Part shown: positions 17,309 through 27,379 of the stretch, piece after piece | Layout of the letters: the number at the start of each line of letters is the position of its first letter | Numbering within the stretch: the stretch's first letter is position 1 | Source of the DNA: an uncultured Clostridia bacterium | GTDB lineage: Bacteria; Aerophobota; Aerophobia; Aerophobales; B3-G15 | Assembly: GCA_964482715.1 (NCBI GenBank) | Contig: CAYZYX010000010.1 | Location: 1 to 49,810, forward strand | Length of the DNA stretch: 49,810 bases | Direction: 5' to 3' | Made by a program: the position numbers and the translations under genes | The notes under the pieces: generated by a model | Told to the model about the DNA's origin: nothing | The model's database searches: none | What the model saw: the letters and a program-made list of their open reading frames with translations, nothing else

Positions 17309-17563
17309 ATGGAGGAAGAACGAGTGGGGAGGGTTGTAAAATACTTCGCCAGACCACAGGTAGCAGCGGTAAACCTGGAAAAAGAACTTGGTGTAGGAGA
17401 TACCATTCATATAAAAGGGCACACCACAGATTTTGAACAAACGGTTGAATCCATGCAGATAGAAAATCAGCCTGTAGAAAAGGCTTCTCCTGGAGATGCG
17501 GTGGGAATTAAAGTTCGGGAAAGGGTAAGGCCTAATGACATTGTCTACAGGATTATAGAATAA
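17309..17563 (+). CDS. Small translation elongation factor domain-II-like beta-barrel protein
   Basis: VGRVVKYF..., GDTIHIKGHTTDFEQTVESMQIE..., GDAVGIKV; SD GGAGGTG before ATG 17309. Confidence 0.8.
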   Translation: MEEERVGRVVKYFARPQVAAVNLEKELGVGDTIHIKGHTTDFEQTVESMQIENQPVEKASPGDAVGIKVRERVRPNDIVYRIIE

Positions 17564-17586
17564 TAAACCAAAACGATAATCCTCCT

Positions 17587-20523
17587 ATGAGTGGTCCAGA
17601 AGAAAGAATACTTAGCGGGTTAAATGAGGAGCAAAAAAAAGCCGTAACCTATGGTGAGGGACCTCTCCTCATAGTGGCTGGAGCAGGAACCGGCAAGACT
17701 CAAGTAATAACCCGTCGGATTGCTTATCTCATTGCAGTAAAAAAAGCAAGGCCGGAGGAGATTCTTGCTCTTACCTTTACTGAAAAAGCAGCCCTGGAAA
17801 TGGAAGAAAGAGTGGATCTTCTGGTTCCTTACGGATATACTGACTTCTGGATCAGCACCTTTCATGCCTTTGGGGATAGGGTTCTCAGGGAAAATGCACT
17901 GGAAATAGGTTTACCTCCAGATTTTCAGGTTTTAAGTGTTCCGGAACAGGTGATTTTTTTCCGAGAACATCTTTTTGATTTTCCTCTCTCTTATTACCGT
18001 CCTCTGGGGAATCCCACCCGTTACATCAGGGCTATTTTAACTCTTATTACTCGGGCTAAAGATGAAGACGTTACTCCTGAGGATTATATAAGATATGTTC
18101 AGAAGTTAGAAGAGATAACCAAAAATAATTCTCCAGATGAAGAATTACAGGAAATTCTTACCAAACAAAGAGAAATCGCTTTAACCTACAAAACCTATCA
18201 GGAACTTCTGGCTAAAGAAGGAAAGGTAGATTTTGGTGACCAGATAACTTTAACATTAAAACTTTTTCGTGAGCATCCTTCAATTTTGGGACAGTATCAA
18301 CGACGGTTTCGCTACATCCTGGTTGATGAATTTCAGGATACCAATTACAGCCAGTTTCAGCTGGTAAAACTCCTTGCCGCCAGGCACCACAACGTTACTG
18401 TCGTGGGGGATGATGACCAATCAATTTACAAGTTCCGGGGTGCAGCTATAAGTAACATCCTGGGATTTTTGGATGCCTATCCTGATGCTCATCAGATAGT
18501 TTTAACTAAAAACTACCGTTCACCCCGGGAAATACTGGAGCCTGCTTATAGACTAATTCAACATAACAATCCAGATAGATTGGAATTTAAAAACAGAATA
18601 AGCAAAAGACTTATCCCTGTGAAAAAAGAAAAGGGAGTGGTGAAGTTTCTGCATTATGATACCTTGCTTTCTGAAGCAGAAGGGGTGGCCAAACTTATAA
18701 AAGAAAAAGTTGAGAGAGGAGAATATAGATGGGGCGATTTTGCCATTCTGGTTCGAGCTAATGACGATGCAGAACCTTTTTTGCGAGCTCTAAATATGGC
18801 TGAAATACCCTGGAAATTTTCAGGTAATGAGGGACTCTATGAGCAGGAAGAGATACGTCTGCTTATATGTTTCTTGAAGACCTTGAGTAATCTGGATGAT
18901 AGTGTCAGCCTTTACTATCTTGCCTCATCAGAGATTTATCAGATTCCCGTGAAAGACCTTGTGCTTTGCATGAATTATGCCTCAAGAAAAAATCGCTCAC
19001 TGTATTACGTGTTTTTTCATCATATGGATATTCCAGAATTATACGAGGAATTATCTCCAGAAGGTAAGGCGACCATTTCAAAGTTAATCAAAGACATAGA
19101 TGATTATCTTGAAAGGAGTGTGAAGCTCTCCACCGGACAGCTTCTTTACCAGTTCATCACTAAAAGTGGTTATATTCAAAGATTGACCTCCAATCCTTCT
19201 TTGGTAAACGAGAGAAAGGTGAGAAATATAGCCAGGTTTTTCGATCTGGTCCAGAACTCCTCTCAAGTTTTAAAGGATAACAAACTTGTGCAGTTCATAA
19301 AATATCTTGACCTTTTGATTCAGGCAGGAGACAATCCCGCGGTAGCTGAGGCAGAAATTGATAGCGATGCTGTGAATGTCCTTACTGTTCATAAAGCTAA
19401 GGGTCTTGAATTTCCTGTGGTAATTATTGTTGGTTTAGTCAATGGACGTTTTCCTTCCAGTTTTCGTCGGGAGCCCATTCCACTCCCGGATGAACTCATA
19501 AGAGATATCCTGCCCAGCGGAGATTTTCACCGACAGGAGGAACGACGCCTTTTTTATGTAGGCATGACCCGTGCCCAAAAGGAACTTTACTTTACAAGTG
19601 CCAAAGATTACGGGGGAAAAAGACTCAGGAAAGTTTCTCCCTTTGTGCTGGAGGCTTTAAATCTTTCTCCCAGAGATATTTTTCCTGCGAAACTGTCTCC
19701 CCTGGAAATTATTAAGAGAAATGCACCCCGCAAGACTGAGGAGAAAAAGCCCTATCGGAAAATATCAAAGGAAGAAATGTTGACGCTTTCTCATTTACAG
19801 ATCGATGATTACCTTACCTGTCCTTTGAAGTACAAATATATACATGTACTGCGTGTACCCATTATGCAGCATCACGCTGTTATTTATGGAAAAGCTCTTC
19901 ATGACGCTGTCAGACAGTATTATCGTCATAAATTAAAGGGGAAACCGCTTTCTCTGGAGCAGCTAATTGCAGTGTTTGAAAATTCATGGATAAACGAAGG
20001 GTTTATCAGCAGAGAACACGAAGAAAGAAGGTTAGAAGAAGGAAGAGAAACCCTGACCAGGTTTTATGAGCGGGCTAAAGAAGAAGATATTTTACCGACA
20101 TTTGTGGAAAAAGACTTCAGTTTCATTCTGGGAAAAGATAAGATAATAGGTCGCTGGGATCGGGTAGATATTATGGATGGTAAGGTGAGCATTATTGACT
20201 ACAAGTCTTCCCCTGTAAGGGACAAAAAGAAAGCTGATCGAAAAACAAAAGAGAGCTTGCAGCTTGCCATATATGCCCTTGCCTATAAAAAAATATTTGG
20301 GAAAATCCCGGAAAAGGTGAAGCTTTACTTCCTGGATACAGGAGTTGTGGGGGAGGCAAGTTTAGACGAACATGATCTTGATTTAACAGTAGAGAAAATA
20401 AAGCAGGCTTCTCTTGGAATAAGGGAAGGAGTATTTGATCCACAGCCTGGGTACTTTTCCTGTCGATTCTGTCCTTATCAGGGAATATGTCCTCATGAGG
20501 GGAGCAAAAAATATGCTGGATGA
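17587..20523 (+). CDS. UvrD/PcrA-type SF1A helicase fused to a C-terminal RecB-like PD-(D/E)XK nuclease
   Basis: AGAGTGKT, LVDEFQD, NYRS, TVHKAKGLEF, EERRLFYVGMTRA; nuclease GRWDRVD, IIDYKS, QLAIYA; cysteines TCP and CRFCPYQGIC. Confidence 0.92.
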   Translation: MSGPEERILSGLNEEQKKAVTYGEGPLLIVAGAGTGKTQVITRRIAYLIAVKKARPEEILALTFTEKAALEMEERVDLLVPYGYTDFWISTFHAFGDRVLRENALEIGLPPDFQVLSVPEQVIFFREHLFDFPLSYYRPLGNPTRYIRAILTLITRAKDEDVTPEDYIRYVQKLEEITKNNSPDEELQEILTKQREIALTYKTYQELLAKEGKVDFGDQITLTLKLFREHPSILGQYQRRFRYILVDEFQDTNYSQFQLVKLLAARHHNVTVVGDDDQSIYKFRGAAISNILGFLDAYPDAHQIVLTKNYRSPREILEPAYRLIQHNNPDRLEFKNRISKRLIPVKKEKGVVKFLHYDTLLSEAEGVAKLIKEKVERGEYRWGDFAILVRANDDAEPFLRALNMAEIPWKFSGNEGLYEQEEIRLLICFLKTLSNLDDSVSLYYLASSEIYQIPVKDLVLCMNYASRKNRSLYYVFFHHMDIPELYEELSPEGKATISKLIKDIDDYLERSVKLSTGQLLYQFITKSGYIQRLTSNPSLVNERKVRNIARFFDLVQNSSQVLKDNKLVQFIKYLDLLIQAGDNPAVAEAEIDSDAVNVLTVHKAKGLEFPVVIIVGLVNGRFPSSFRREPIPLPDELIRDILPSGDFHRQEERRLFYVGMTRAQKELYFTSAKDYGGKRLRKVSPFVLEALNLSPRDIFPAKLSPLEIIKRNAPRKTEEKKPYRKISKEEMLTLSHLQIDDYLTCPLKYKYIHVLRVPIMQHHAVIYGKALHDAVRQYYRHKLKGKPLSLEQLIAVFENSWINEGFISREHEERRLEEGRETLTRFYERAKEEDILPTFVEKDFSFILGKDKIIGRWDRVDIMDGKVSIIDYKSSPVRDKKKADRKTKESLQLAIYALAYKKIFGKIPEKVKLYFLDTGVVGEASLDEHDLDLTVEKIKQASLGIREGVFDPQPGYFSCRFCPYQGICPHEGSKKYAG

Positions 20524-21229
20524 AAACTGTCAGGAAAGATTGATACTGGCCTTAGATGTTGACCAGGCAGAGGATGCTGAAAGGATAGTTCTTCAGGTAA
20601 AAGAAATGGTTGGGTTTTTCAAAATCGGGATGAGACTTTTCTTTAATTACGGCCCGGAGATAGTTAATCTGGTTAAAAAATTAGGTGGAGAGGTTTTTCT
20701 TGATGTTAAGCTCTATGATATTCCAAGTGTAGTGGAGGCCACCTGCAGGCTCCTTGTGAAGATGGGGGTAAAAATGATCACTTTACATGCTCTTGGTGGG
20801 ACGGAAATGATGCGAAGAGCCACTCTTGCTATCAAAGAAGAAAATGCAGATATTAAAGTAGTGGGTGTTACTCTGCTCACTTCCTTTAACCGGAAAAGTT
20901 TAAAAGAAGACTTAGGAATAGATGAGAGTCTTGAAGAAAAAGTTCTTTTTCTGGCTCGTAAGGCAAAAGAAGCCGGTCTTGATGGAGTTGTCTGTTCAGG
21001 AAAGGAAGCCAAACTCCTGCGGGAATTTCTGGGAAAGGATTTTCTTCTGGTAGTTCCTGGAATAAGAACTGAAAGAATAGAAGGTGACGAACAGAAAAGA
21101 ATTCTGACTCCAGAAGAAGCTATTAAAGAAGGGGCAAGTTACATTGTGATTGGACGCCCGGTGCTCAGGGCTTCTGATCCTGCTCAGAAAATAAGAGAGA
21201 TTCTGGGAAGGATGTCAAATTTAATCTAA
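20513..21229 (+). CDS. pyrF: Orotidine-5'-phosphate decarboxylase
   Basis: LILALDV, FLDVKLYDIP, VTLLTS, VPGIR, IVIGRP; ATG 20513 overlaps the helicase end. Confidence 0.93.
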   Translation: MLDENCQERLILALDVDQAEDAERIVLQVKEMVGFFKIGMRLFFNYGPEIVNLVKKLGGEVFLDVKLYDIPSVVEATCRLLVKMGVKMITLHALGGTEMMRRATLAIKEENADIKVVGVTLLTSFNRKSLKEDLGIDESLEEKVLFLARKAKEAGLDGVVCSGKEAKLLREFLGKDFLLVVPGIRTERIEGDEQKRILTPEEAIKEGASYIVIGRPVLRASDPAQKIREILGRMSNLI

Positions 21230-21257
21230 AATTTAAAAAAATAACAAGGAGAAAAAT

Positions 21258-21746
21258 ATGAAACCCATAGATTTTGAGACCATCGAAAAAATAGAAAAAA
21301 GAATCAGTGAAATGACTGTTCGGGAAGTTCCCAGGTTAATCGATAATATGAGAGAAGAGCAACCTCTGGTTCTTGTTTATCTTTTATCAGCAGGTGGCAG
21401 TATTTTAAATCGCGATGAACGAGAACTCTTACTCTATATGGGAATTATCATATGGCAGGCTATGTCACAGGGAGATGTTTCTCCTCCAAAAGTCACCGAG
21501 AAGATCTTGGATGAGATGGAGAGGAAGAATATCAGAATGCTGGAAGAACTTGAGGAAACTTCGGAAAGAGAGATTATGGACACCATGGAGAAAATGATAG
21601 AAACTTATTCCCAGCCAACGATTTTAAAATATGTGCTGGAAACTCTGATAGAAGAACCAGGAGAAGAAGACTATGATATAAGAGATGAAAACAAGGGACT
21701 TATTTTTATTTTTTTAAAGACCGTAATTGATTCTCTCAACAAGTAG
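21258..21746 (+). CDS. Hypothetical acidic protein
   Basis: 162-aa ORF with SD AAGGAG; no family recognised. Confidence 0.75.
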   Translation: MKPIDFETIEKIEKRISEMTVREVPRLIDNMREEQPLVLVYLLSAGGSILNRDERELLLYMGIIIWQAMSQGDVSPPKVTEKILDEMERKNIRMLEELEETSEREIMDTMEKMIETYSQPTILKYVLETLIEEPGEEDYDIRDENKGLIFIFLKTVIDSLNK

Positions 21747-21792
21747 GACTTTTATCTCTCGTGACGAAAAAACAAAAGGAAAGAGAAAAAAG

Positions 21793-23193
21793 ATGGCTGT
21801 TTCTTTACAATTTATGGGGGCAACACGAAATGTCACCGGATCTTGCTTTTTACTTGAAGTAAAGGGGAGAAGATTTTTAATTGATTGTGGACTTTATCAG
21901 GAACGAGAACTAAGAAGTAGGAATTGGGAGCCTTTTCCGGCTGATCCAAAAAGTATAGAAGCTGTGTTTTTAACTCATGCTCATCTCGATCACTGTGGCC
22001 TCTTACCAAAGCTTGTCAAAGAGGGATTCAAAGGAAAAATCATGTGTACATCGGCTACTGCGGAGATAGCCCGAATAGTGCTTTTAGATGCAGCTCATCT
22101 GCAGGAAGAAGATGCAAAATTTAAAAAGAAAAGACATGAAAGAGAGAAAAGAAAAGGACCCTATCCAGAAGTTCCACTTTATACTGAGGAGGATGCAAAA
22201 AGTGTTTTCCCGCTTTTTACCCCCGTGGAATACGAAAAGGCGGTAAAAATAATAGATTCGGTAGAAGCAGTTTTTTATGACGCGGGTCACATTTTGGGGT
22301 CCTCAATTATCAAGATAAACGTTTCTTCTGGCCCGGTATCTTTAGTCTTTTCCGGAGATCTGGGTCGATGGGACAAACCCATAATTCGAGATCCGGCTCT
22401 TATAGAAGATGCCGACTATGTTGTTGTGGAATCAACTTATGGAGATAGGTTGCATGAGGACCTTTCAGAGATCAAGGTTAAACTTTGTGACATTATAATC
22501 TCAACCGTAAATCAAGGTGGAAATATAATCATACCGAGTTTTGCTGTAGAAAGAACCCAGGAGCTCCTCTACTATTTAAACGAACTTCTTCAGGAAAACC
22601 GTATCCCTCACCTTTTAACTTTTGTTGACAGCCCCATGGCTATTAATGTCATAGAGGTGTTTAAACACCATCCCGAGTATTTTGATGAAGAAATGCTGAA
22701 TTTTATTCAAAGTGGTAGATCTCCCTTTTATTTTTCTAATTTGAAGCTAACAAGGAGTGTAGAGGAATCTAAAGCTATAAATCGGATTAGGGGTTCTTGC
22801 ATAATTATTGCCGGTTCAGGAATGTGCACCGGTGGAAGGATAAAGCATCATCTCGTAAATAACATCATTCGTCCTGAATGCAGCATCCTTTTTATCGGGT
22901 ATCAGGCTAAAGGAACTTTAGGAAGAGAAATAGTAGATGGGGCATCTGAAGTTCGAATTCATGGCCAAATGCATCCTGTTAGGGCTAATGTGGTTAAGAT
23001 AAATGGCTTTTCCGCTCATGCTGATCAGCGAGAACTCTTAAGGTGGCTTACTGGATTTCGGTCCTCTCCTAAAAGGGTATTTATTGTTCATGGAGAAGAA
23101 GAAGCTGCCACAACTTTTGCCAGAATCCTAAATGAGAAATTCAGCTGGCAAACAGAAATTCCTGAATATCTGGAGAAAAAAATTTTAATTTAA
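21793..23193 (+). CDS. MBL-fold beta-CASP ribonuclease (YSH1/CPSF73-like)
   Basis: VTGSC, THAHLDHCG, AGHILGS, SGDLG, ESTYG, FSAHAD, VHGE; ATG 21793 preferred over 21727. Confidence 0.92.
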   Translation: MAVSLQFMGATRNVTGSCFLLEVKGRRFLIDCGLYQERELRSRNWEPFPADPKSIEAVFLTHAHLDHCGLLPKLVKEGFKGKIMCTSATAEIARIVLLDAAHLQEEDAKFKKKRHEREKRKGPYPEVPLYTEEDAKSVFPLFTPVEYEKAVKIIDSVEAVFYDAGHILGSSIIKINVSSGPVSLVFSGDLGRWDKPIIRDPALIEDADYVVVESTYGDRLHEDLSEIKVKLCDIIISTVNQGGNIIIPSFAVERTQELLYYLNELLQENRIPHLLTFVDSPMAINVIEVFKHHPEYFDEEMLNFIQSGRSPFYFSNLKLTRSVEESKAINRIRGSCIIIAGSGMCTGGRIKHHLVNNIIRPECSILFIGYQAKGTLGREIVDGASEVRIHGQMHPVRANVVKINGFSAHADQRELLRWLTGFRSSPKRVFIVHGEEEAATTFARILNEKFSWQTEIPEYLEKKILI

Positions 23194-23206
23194 AAAGCCT
23201 GTTAGC

Positions 23207-24232
23207 TTAAGGCTTAATTAATATTTTGATTCTTTCTTTGCTTTCCTCGTAGGTCTTAATAGCCTGAGAAAATTGATCCAAATTAAACCGGTGAGTTATA
23301 AGTTGTTTTACCTTGATTTTACCACTTTCCAGTAGACTAACGGCCTTACCGGTGGTAAAGGGATTAACAAAGGAACCAGAAATGGTGATTTCTTTTCGAT
23401 AGATTTGATAGGGATTTATCTGGATGCTTTCCTCTGGATCAGCTACTCCAAACCACACCACTTTTCCGCCAGAATTTACTATTTTCCAGGACTGCTCCAT
23501 GGTCTGTTTCTTTCCCACACATTCAAAAACAATATCGGGAAGTTTACCCAGAAGTTTGGGCAGGTAGTCCAGAATATCTGATTTTATAGGGTCAACTGTC
23601 CAGTCAGCTCCCAGATTTTGAGCTAATTCTCTTCTCTTCTTAACAGGGTCAACAACCACTACACGTGATGTTGCCATTAATTTGATAATTTGAAGCATTA
23701 AAAGCCCCACAGGTCCTGCTCCTAAAATAACCACCTGGTCAGCACTCTTGATTTGAGCCATCTCAGCACCATGAATGCAGCAGGACAGAGGTTCGACAAA
23801 CGAGGCCTCCTCAAGGTCAATTTCGTTTGAAAGACGATAAACATAGCTTTCTTTAACATTTACAAATTCAGCGAATCCACCATTTATCCTTACCCCAATG
23901 TTAACGAGGTTTTCACAAAGATGAACCTTACCTCTGCGGCAGAAGTAACATAGTTCACAGTTCATATTGGGGTTCACCACCACCTTATCCCCCTCTTTCA
24001 CCGTGGTAACTTTTTGACCGGTTTCGACTACCGTGCCGGATATTTCGTGACCTATAATTAATGGCAAATTGGCAAAAAATTTACCCCTGTAGATGTGTAC
24101 ATCAGTTCCACACAATCCACAGGAATCCACTCGTATTAAGACTTCTCCTTTTTCTGGTTTAGGGACAGGCACTTCAGCTACTCTGTATTTCCCCTTTGCC
24201 TTCATTATGAGTGCCTTCATCTTTCTATCCAT
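23207..24232 (-). CDS. Zinc-dependent (MDR) polyol/sugar dehydrogenase
   Basis: CGTDVH, GHE, CxxCxxC...C structural Zn site, GAGPVG. Confidence 0.9.
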   Translation of the reverse strand: MDRKMKALIMKAKGKYRVAEVPVPKPEKGEVLIRVDSCGLCGTDVHIYRGKFFANLPLIIGHEISGTVVETGQKVTTVKEGDKVVVNPNMNCELCYFCRRGKVHLCENLVNIGVRINGGFAEFVNVKESYVYRLSNEIDLEEASFVEPLSCCIHGAEMAQIKSADQVVILGAGPVGLLMLQIIKLMATSRVVVVDPVKKRRELAQNLGADWTVDPIKSDILDYLPKLLGKLPDIVFECVGKKQTMEQSWKIVNSGGKVVWFGVADPEESIQINPYQIYRKEITISGSFVNPFTTGKAVSLLESGKIKVKQLITHRFNLDQFSQAIKTYEESKERIKILIKP

Positions 24233-24242
24233 TTTAATTTTC

Positions 24243-25277
24243 CTATTCTATCTGGATCAAAACTTTAAGAACCTTACTGCGACCTTCCAGAATTGTCTTA
24301 AATGCTTTGTCTACCTCTTTTAGAGTAAATTTATGACTGATCAGAGGTTTCACTTTAATTTTTTCTTTTTGAATCAGCTCTATGGCAGTTAAAAAGTCCT
24401 TCCTGGTATACATCAAGCTACCCACAAGTTCAAGCTCTCGATCCTGAACATAGGCAAGATTTGTATTGATCTTTCCTGCTGGAACTCCCACAATTATGAC
24501 TCTGGTTCCCTTACGGGCAACTTCTATTGCCTGCGAGATGGTCTTTTCTAACCCGACACATTCATAAATAAGATCGATCCCTTCCTTACCATAAGATTGG
24601 TGTATGAATTTAACTGGGTCCTTTAACCTCGCATTGATTATTTTATCAGCGCCGAGATTTTTAGCCAATTCTAATCTGTAGTCAAGAAGGTCAGTTATCA
24701 GTACCTGCTTTGCACCGGTTAACCTTGCCGCCTGCATAACAAAGAGTCCTATGGTTCCTGCCCCCAGAATTAAGACCCTATCTCCTATTTTTTGCCCCGA
24801 TATTCTAACAGCGTGGATTGCTACAGCAACAGGCTCAATTAGAGCAGCTTCTTCAAAAGAGAGTGTATCAGGTATCTTTATTGTTTTCTCTTCTGGAATA
24901 GCGATATATTCAGCAAGGGCACCATCATAACCAACACAACCAATCACTCTTAAATTAGTGCAGATATTATAACGCCCATGTCTACAATTATAGCATTTAC
25001 CACAGGTTAAATTGGGTTCCACAGTTACCCTATCCCCTTTTTTTAATGTACTGACCCTGGAACCTGTATCCCAGACAACTCCGGAAAATTCATGGCCAAG
25101 AACAATTGGTGGATGCACAAAGGGATGTTCACCCTTAAAGGCATGAATATCAGAACCACAGATTCCCACCCATTTCACCTGGATTAAAACTTCGTCATCA
25201 TTTGGTTTTGGAATTTCTATTTCTTGAAGTTCTATTGTCTTTAACCCCACTAATTTTGCTTGCCTCATTTTGCTCAT
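24243..25277 (-). CDS. Zinc-dependent (MDR) polyol/sugar dehydrogenase
   Basis: CGSDIH, GHEFSG, CGKCYNC...C, GAGTIG. Confidence 0.9.
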   Translation of the reverse strand: MSKMRQAKLVGLKTIELQEIEIPKPNDDEVLIQVKWVGICGSDIHAFKGEHPFVHPPIVLGHEFSGVVWDTGSRVSTLKKGDRVTVEPNLTCGKCYNCRHGRYNICTNLRVIGCVGYDGALAEYIAIPEEKTIKIPDTLSFEEAALIEPVAVAIHAVRISGQKIGDRVLILGAGTIGLFVMQAARLTGAKQVLITDLLDYRLELAKNLGADKIINARLKDPVKFIHQSYGKEGIDLIYECVGLEKTISQAIEVARKGTRVIIVGVPAGKINTNLAYVQDRELELVGSLMYTRKDFLTAIELIQKEKIKVKPLISHKFTLKEVDKAFKTILEGRSKVLKVLIQIE

Positions 25278-26365
25278 TTTACGTATCCCTCCAGAAGAAT
25301 GTCTTCTTCAATTTTTCTTAGTCGAATAATATCCAGTTTAGGAGTCTCAGACAGAGCCTCAAAACCTCTACCTTCTAACCAGGTAGGTGCCTGCTTTCCT
25401 CCTATCAAACGAGGAGATAAAAAGAGATAAATCTTGTCCACGAGCTTTTCCCTTATAAACGAACCTATTACTTCTCCTCCTCCCTCTACCAGCAAACTGG
25501 CAATTTGTCTTTCTCCCAATTTTTTTAATACTTCTGATGGATTCACCCTTCCTGTTGGATCAGAGGAGACTCTTATTACTTCCACTCCTTTTTTTATAAT
25601 AGTTTTGACCTTTTTATCTTTTGCTTTTTCAGTGGTAAAAATTAGGGTGGGAAAGCTCGTCTGATTTTCCAGTATTTTTGACTGAAGGGGAGTTTTGAGC
25701 TCGCTATCCAGTACGATCCGGAAAAATCTTTTTCTGGTTTGCAAGGGTAAAAGTTCTGGATCATCTTTTAGTACGGTGTTTATTCCCACCAGTATTGCAT
25801 CTACTTTATTTCTCAGTTTTTTACCCAGCTTTCGTGATTTTTCACTGGTTATCCATTTTGATTCACCTTTGCAGGTAGCTATCTTTCCATCAAGGCTTGC
25901 CGCCGCCTTGACAATTACAAAAGGTACCTTCTTTTGAACGTATTTAAAAAAAAATTCATTCAATTTTGTGGCTTCTTCCTTACAGATACCAACTTCTACT
26001 TCGATTCCGGCTTTTTTTAGCTCTTCCAGTCCTTTTCCATTATTTAAAGGATTGGGATCCTTAACTGCTACTATTACTTTTCTTATTCCTGCTCTGATTA
26101 TTGCCTGAGTGCAGGGTGGGGTTTTTCCAAAATGACAGCAAGGTTCAAGATTTACAAAAAGAGTGGCACCCCGTGCTTTTTTTCCAGCTTTTTTCAAAGC
26201 ATCTACTTCGGCATGAGGTCCACCAAAATAACGGTGATAACCCTTGGAAATGAGTTTTCCCTCTCTCAGGATAACTGCTCCTACCATGGGGTTGGGAGAG
26301 ACTTTTCCCTCGCCCCTTTTGGCCAGAGAAATGGCTATTTTCATCCATTTCTCTTTTTCGTTCAC
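25274..26365 (-). CDS. ribD: Bifunctional riboflavin biosynthesis deaminase/reductase
   Basis: PNPMVG, HAE, LEPCCH..TPPC, ASLDGK, VEGGG. Confidence 0.95.
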   Translation of the reverse strand: MNEKEKWMKIAISLAKRGEGKVSPNPMVGAVILREGKLISKGYHRYFGGPHAEVDALKKAGKKARGATLFVNLEPCCHFGKTPPCTQAIIRAGIRKVIVAVKDPNPLNNGKGLEELKKAGIEVEVGICKEEATKLNEFFFKYVQKKVPFVIVKAAASLDGKIATCKGESKWITSEKSRKLGKKLRNKVDAILVGINTVLKDDPELLPLQTRKRFFRIVLDSELKTPLQSKILENQTSFPTLIFTTEKAKDKKVKTIIKKGVEVIRVSSDPTGRVNPSEVLKKLGERQIASLLVEGGGEVIGSFIREKLVDKIYLFLSPRLIGGKQAPTWLEGRGFEALSETPKLDIIRLRKIEEDILLEGYVK

Positions 26366-27378
26366 ACAAGTCCCTTTTTAATCAAAAGTTCGGCAATTTG
26401 TATGGTGTTTAAGGCGGCTCCCTTACGGAGATTATCAGAGACAACCCAGAGATTAATACTGTTTTCCGCTGATTCATCTTTTCTGATTCTTCCTACAAAA
26501 ACCTCATCTTTTCCTGCAGCATAAATGGGAAGTGGATACACATTGTTTTCTGGATCGTCCTGAACCACGACTCCCGGAGCAGCGGAGAGGATTTCTCTTA
26601 CTTCATCGGGGGAAATGTATTCTTCTGTCTCCAGAGTTACAGATTCAGAATGAGAAATAAATACAGGAACCCTAACACAGGTTGCTGTGACTTTTATGGA
26701 AGAATCATCCATTATTTTATGTGTTTCATTCACCATTTTCATCTCTTCTTCGGTGTAGCCAGAAAGGAGAAAACTTCCAATGTGGGGAAGTAAGTTAAAA
26801 GCTATCTGATGGGGATAAACCTTCTTCACCAGTGGTTTTCCCGAAAGGTAATTTTCAGCCTGACTTCGAAGTTCAATAATTGCATCTCTTCCTGTTCCCG
26901 AAACTGATTGAAAGGTGGAAACGATTATCCTCTTTATTCTGGATCTTTTATGAATTGGATTTATGGCAACGACCATCTGAATTGTAGAACAGTTGGGATT
27001 AGCTATAATTCCTTTGTGTCTTTCTACCGCCTGAGGATTAACTTCAGGGACTATCAGGGGAACCTCTCTTTCCATTCGAAAAGCACTGCTGTTGTCAATT
27101 ACTACGGCTCCATTCTTGACAAATCGGGGTGAAAATTCACGGGAAATGGAAGCGCCTGCCGAGAAAAGGGCAATATCAATATTTTTTAAAGAAGCAGTTG
27201 CCAGATTTTCTACTTTTACCTTCTCTCCCTGAAAAACTACAGTTTTACCTTCGGATCTTTCTGAAGCTATAGCTCTTATATTTTTTAAGGGAAAGTTCCT
27301 CTGATCAAGGATCTTAAGCATTTCCTCGCCCACTGCTCCTGTAGCCCCTACAACGGCAACGTTGTAACCTTGACTCAA
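26362..27378 (-). CDS. asd: Aspartate-semialdehyde dehydrogenase
   Basis: GATGAVG, IANPNCSTIQ, DNLRKGAA; TTG start. Confidence 0.96.
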   Translation of the reverse strand: MSQGYNVAVVGATGAVGEEMLKILDQRNFPLKNIRAIASERSEGKTVVFQGEKVKVENLATASLKNIDIALFSAGASISREFSPRFVKNGAVVIDNSSAFRMEREVPLIVPEVNPQAVERHKGIIANPNCSTIQMVVAINPIHKRSRIKRIIVSTFQSVSGTGRDAIIELRSQAENYLSGKPLVKKVYPHQIAFNLLPHIGSFLLSGYTEEEMKMVNETHKIMDDSSIKVTATCVRVPVFISHSESVTLETEEYISPDEVREILSAAPGVVVQDDPENNVYPLPIYAAGKDEVFVGRIRKDESAENSINLWVVSDNLRKGAALNTIQIAELLIKKGLV

Positions 27379-27379
27379 T

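Noticed and set aside
20435-20512. Long pyrF N-terminus overlapping the helicase
   Set aside because: ATG 20513 with an upstream GGAG gives the normal PyrF start
19777-20523. Cas4 / CRISPR or defence locus
   Set aside because: The Cas4-like domain is fused to a helicase among housekeeping genes; no repeat-spacer array or cas genes were seen in the window
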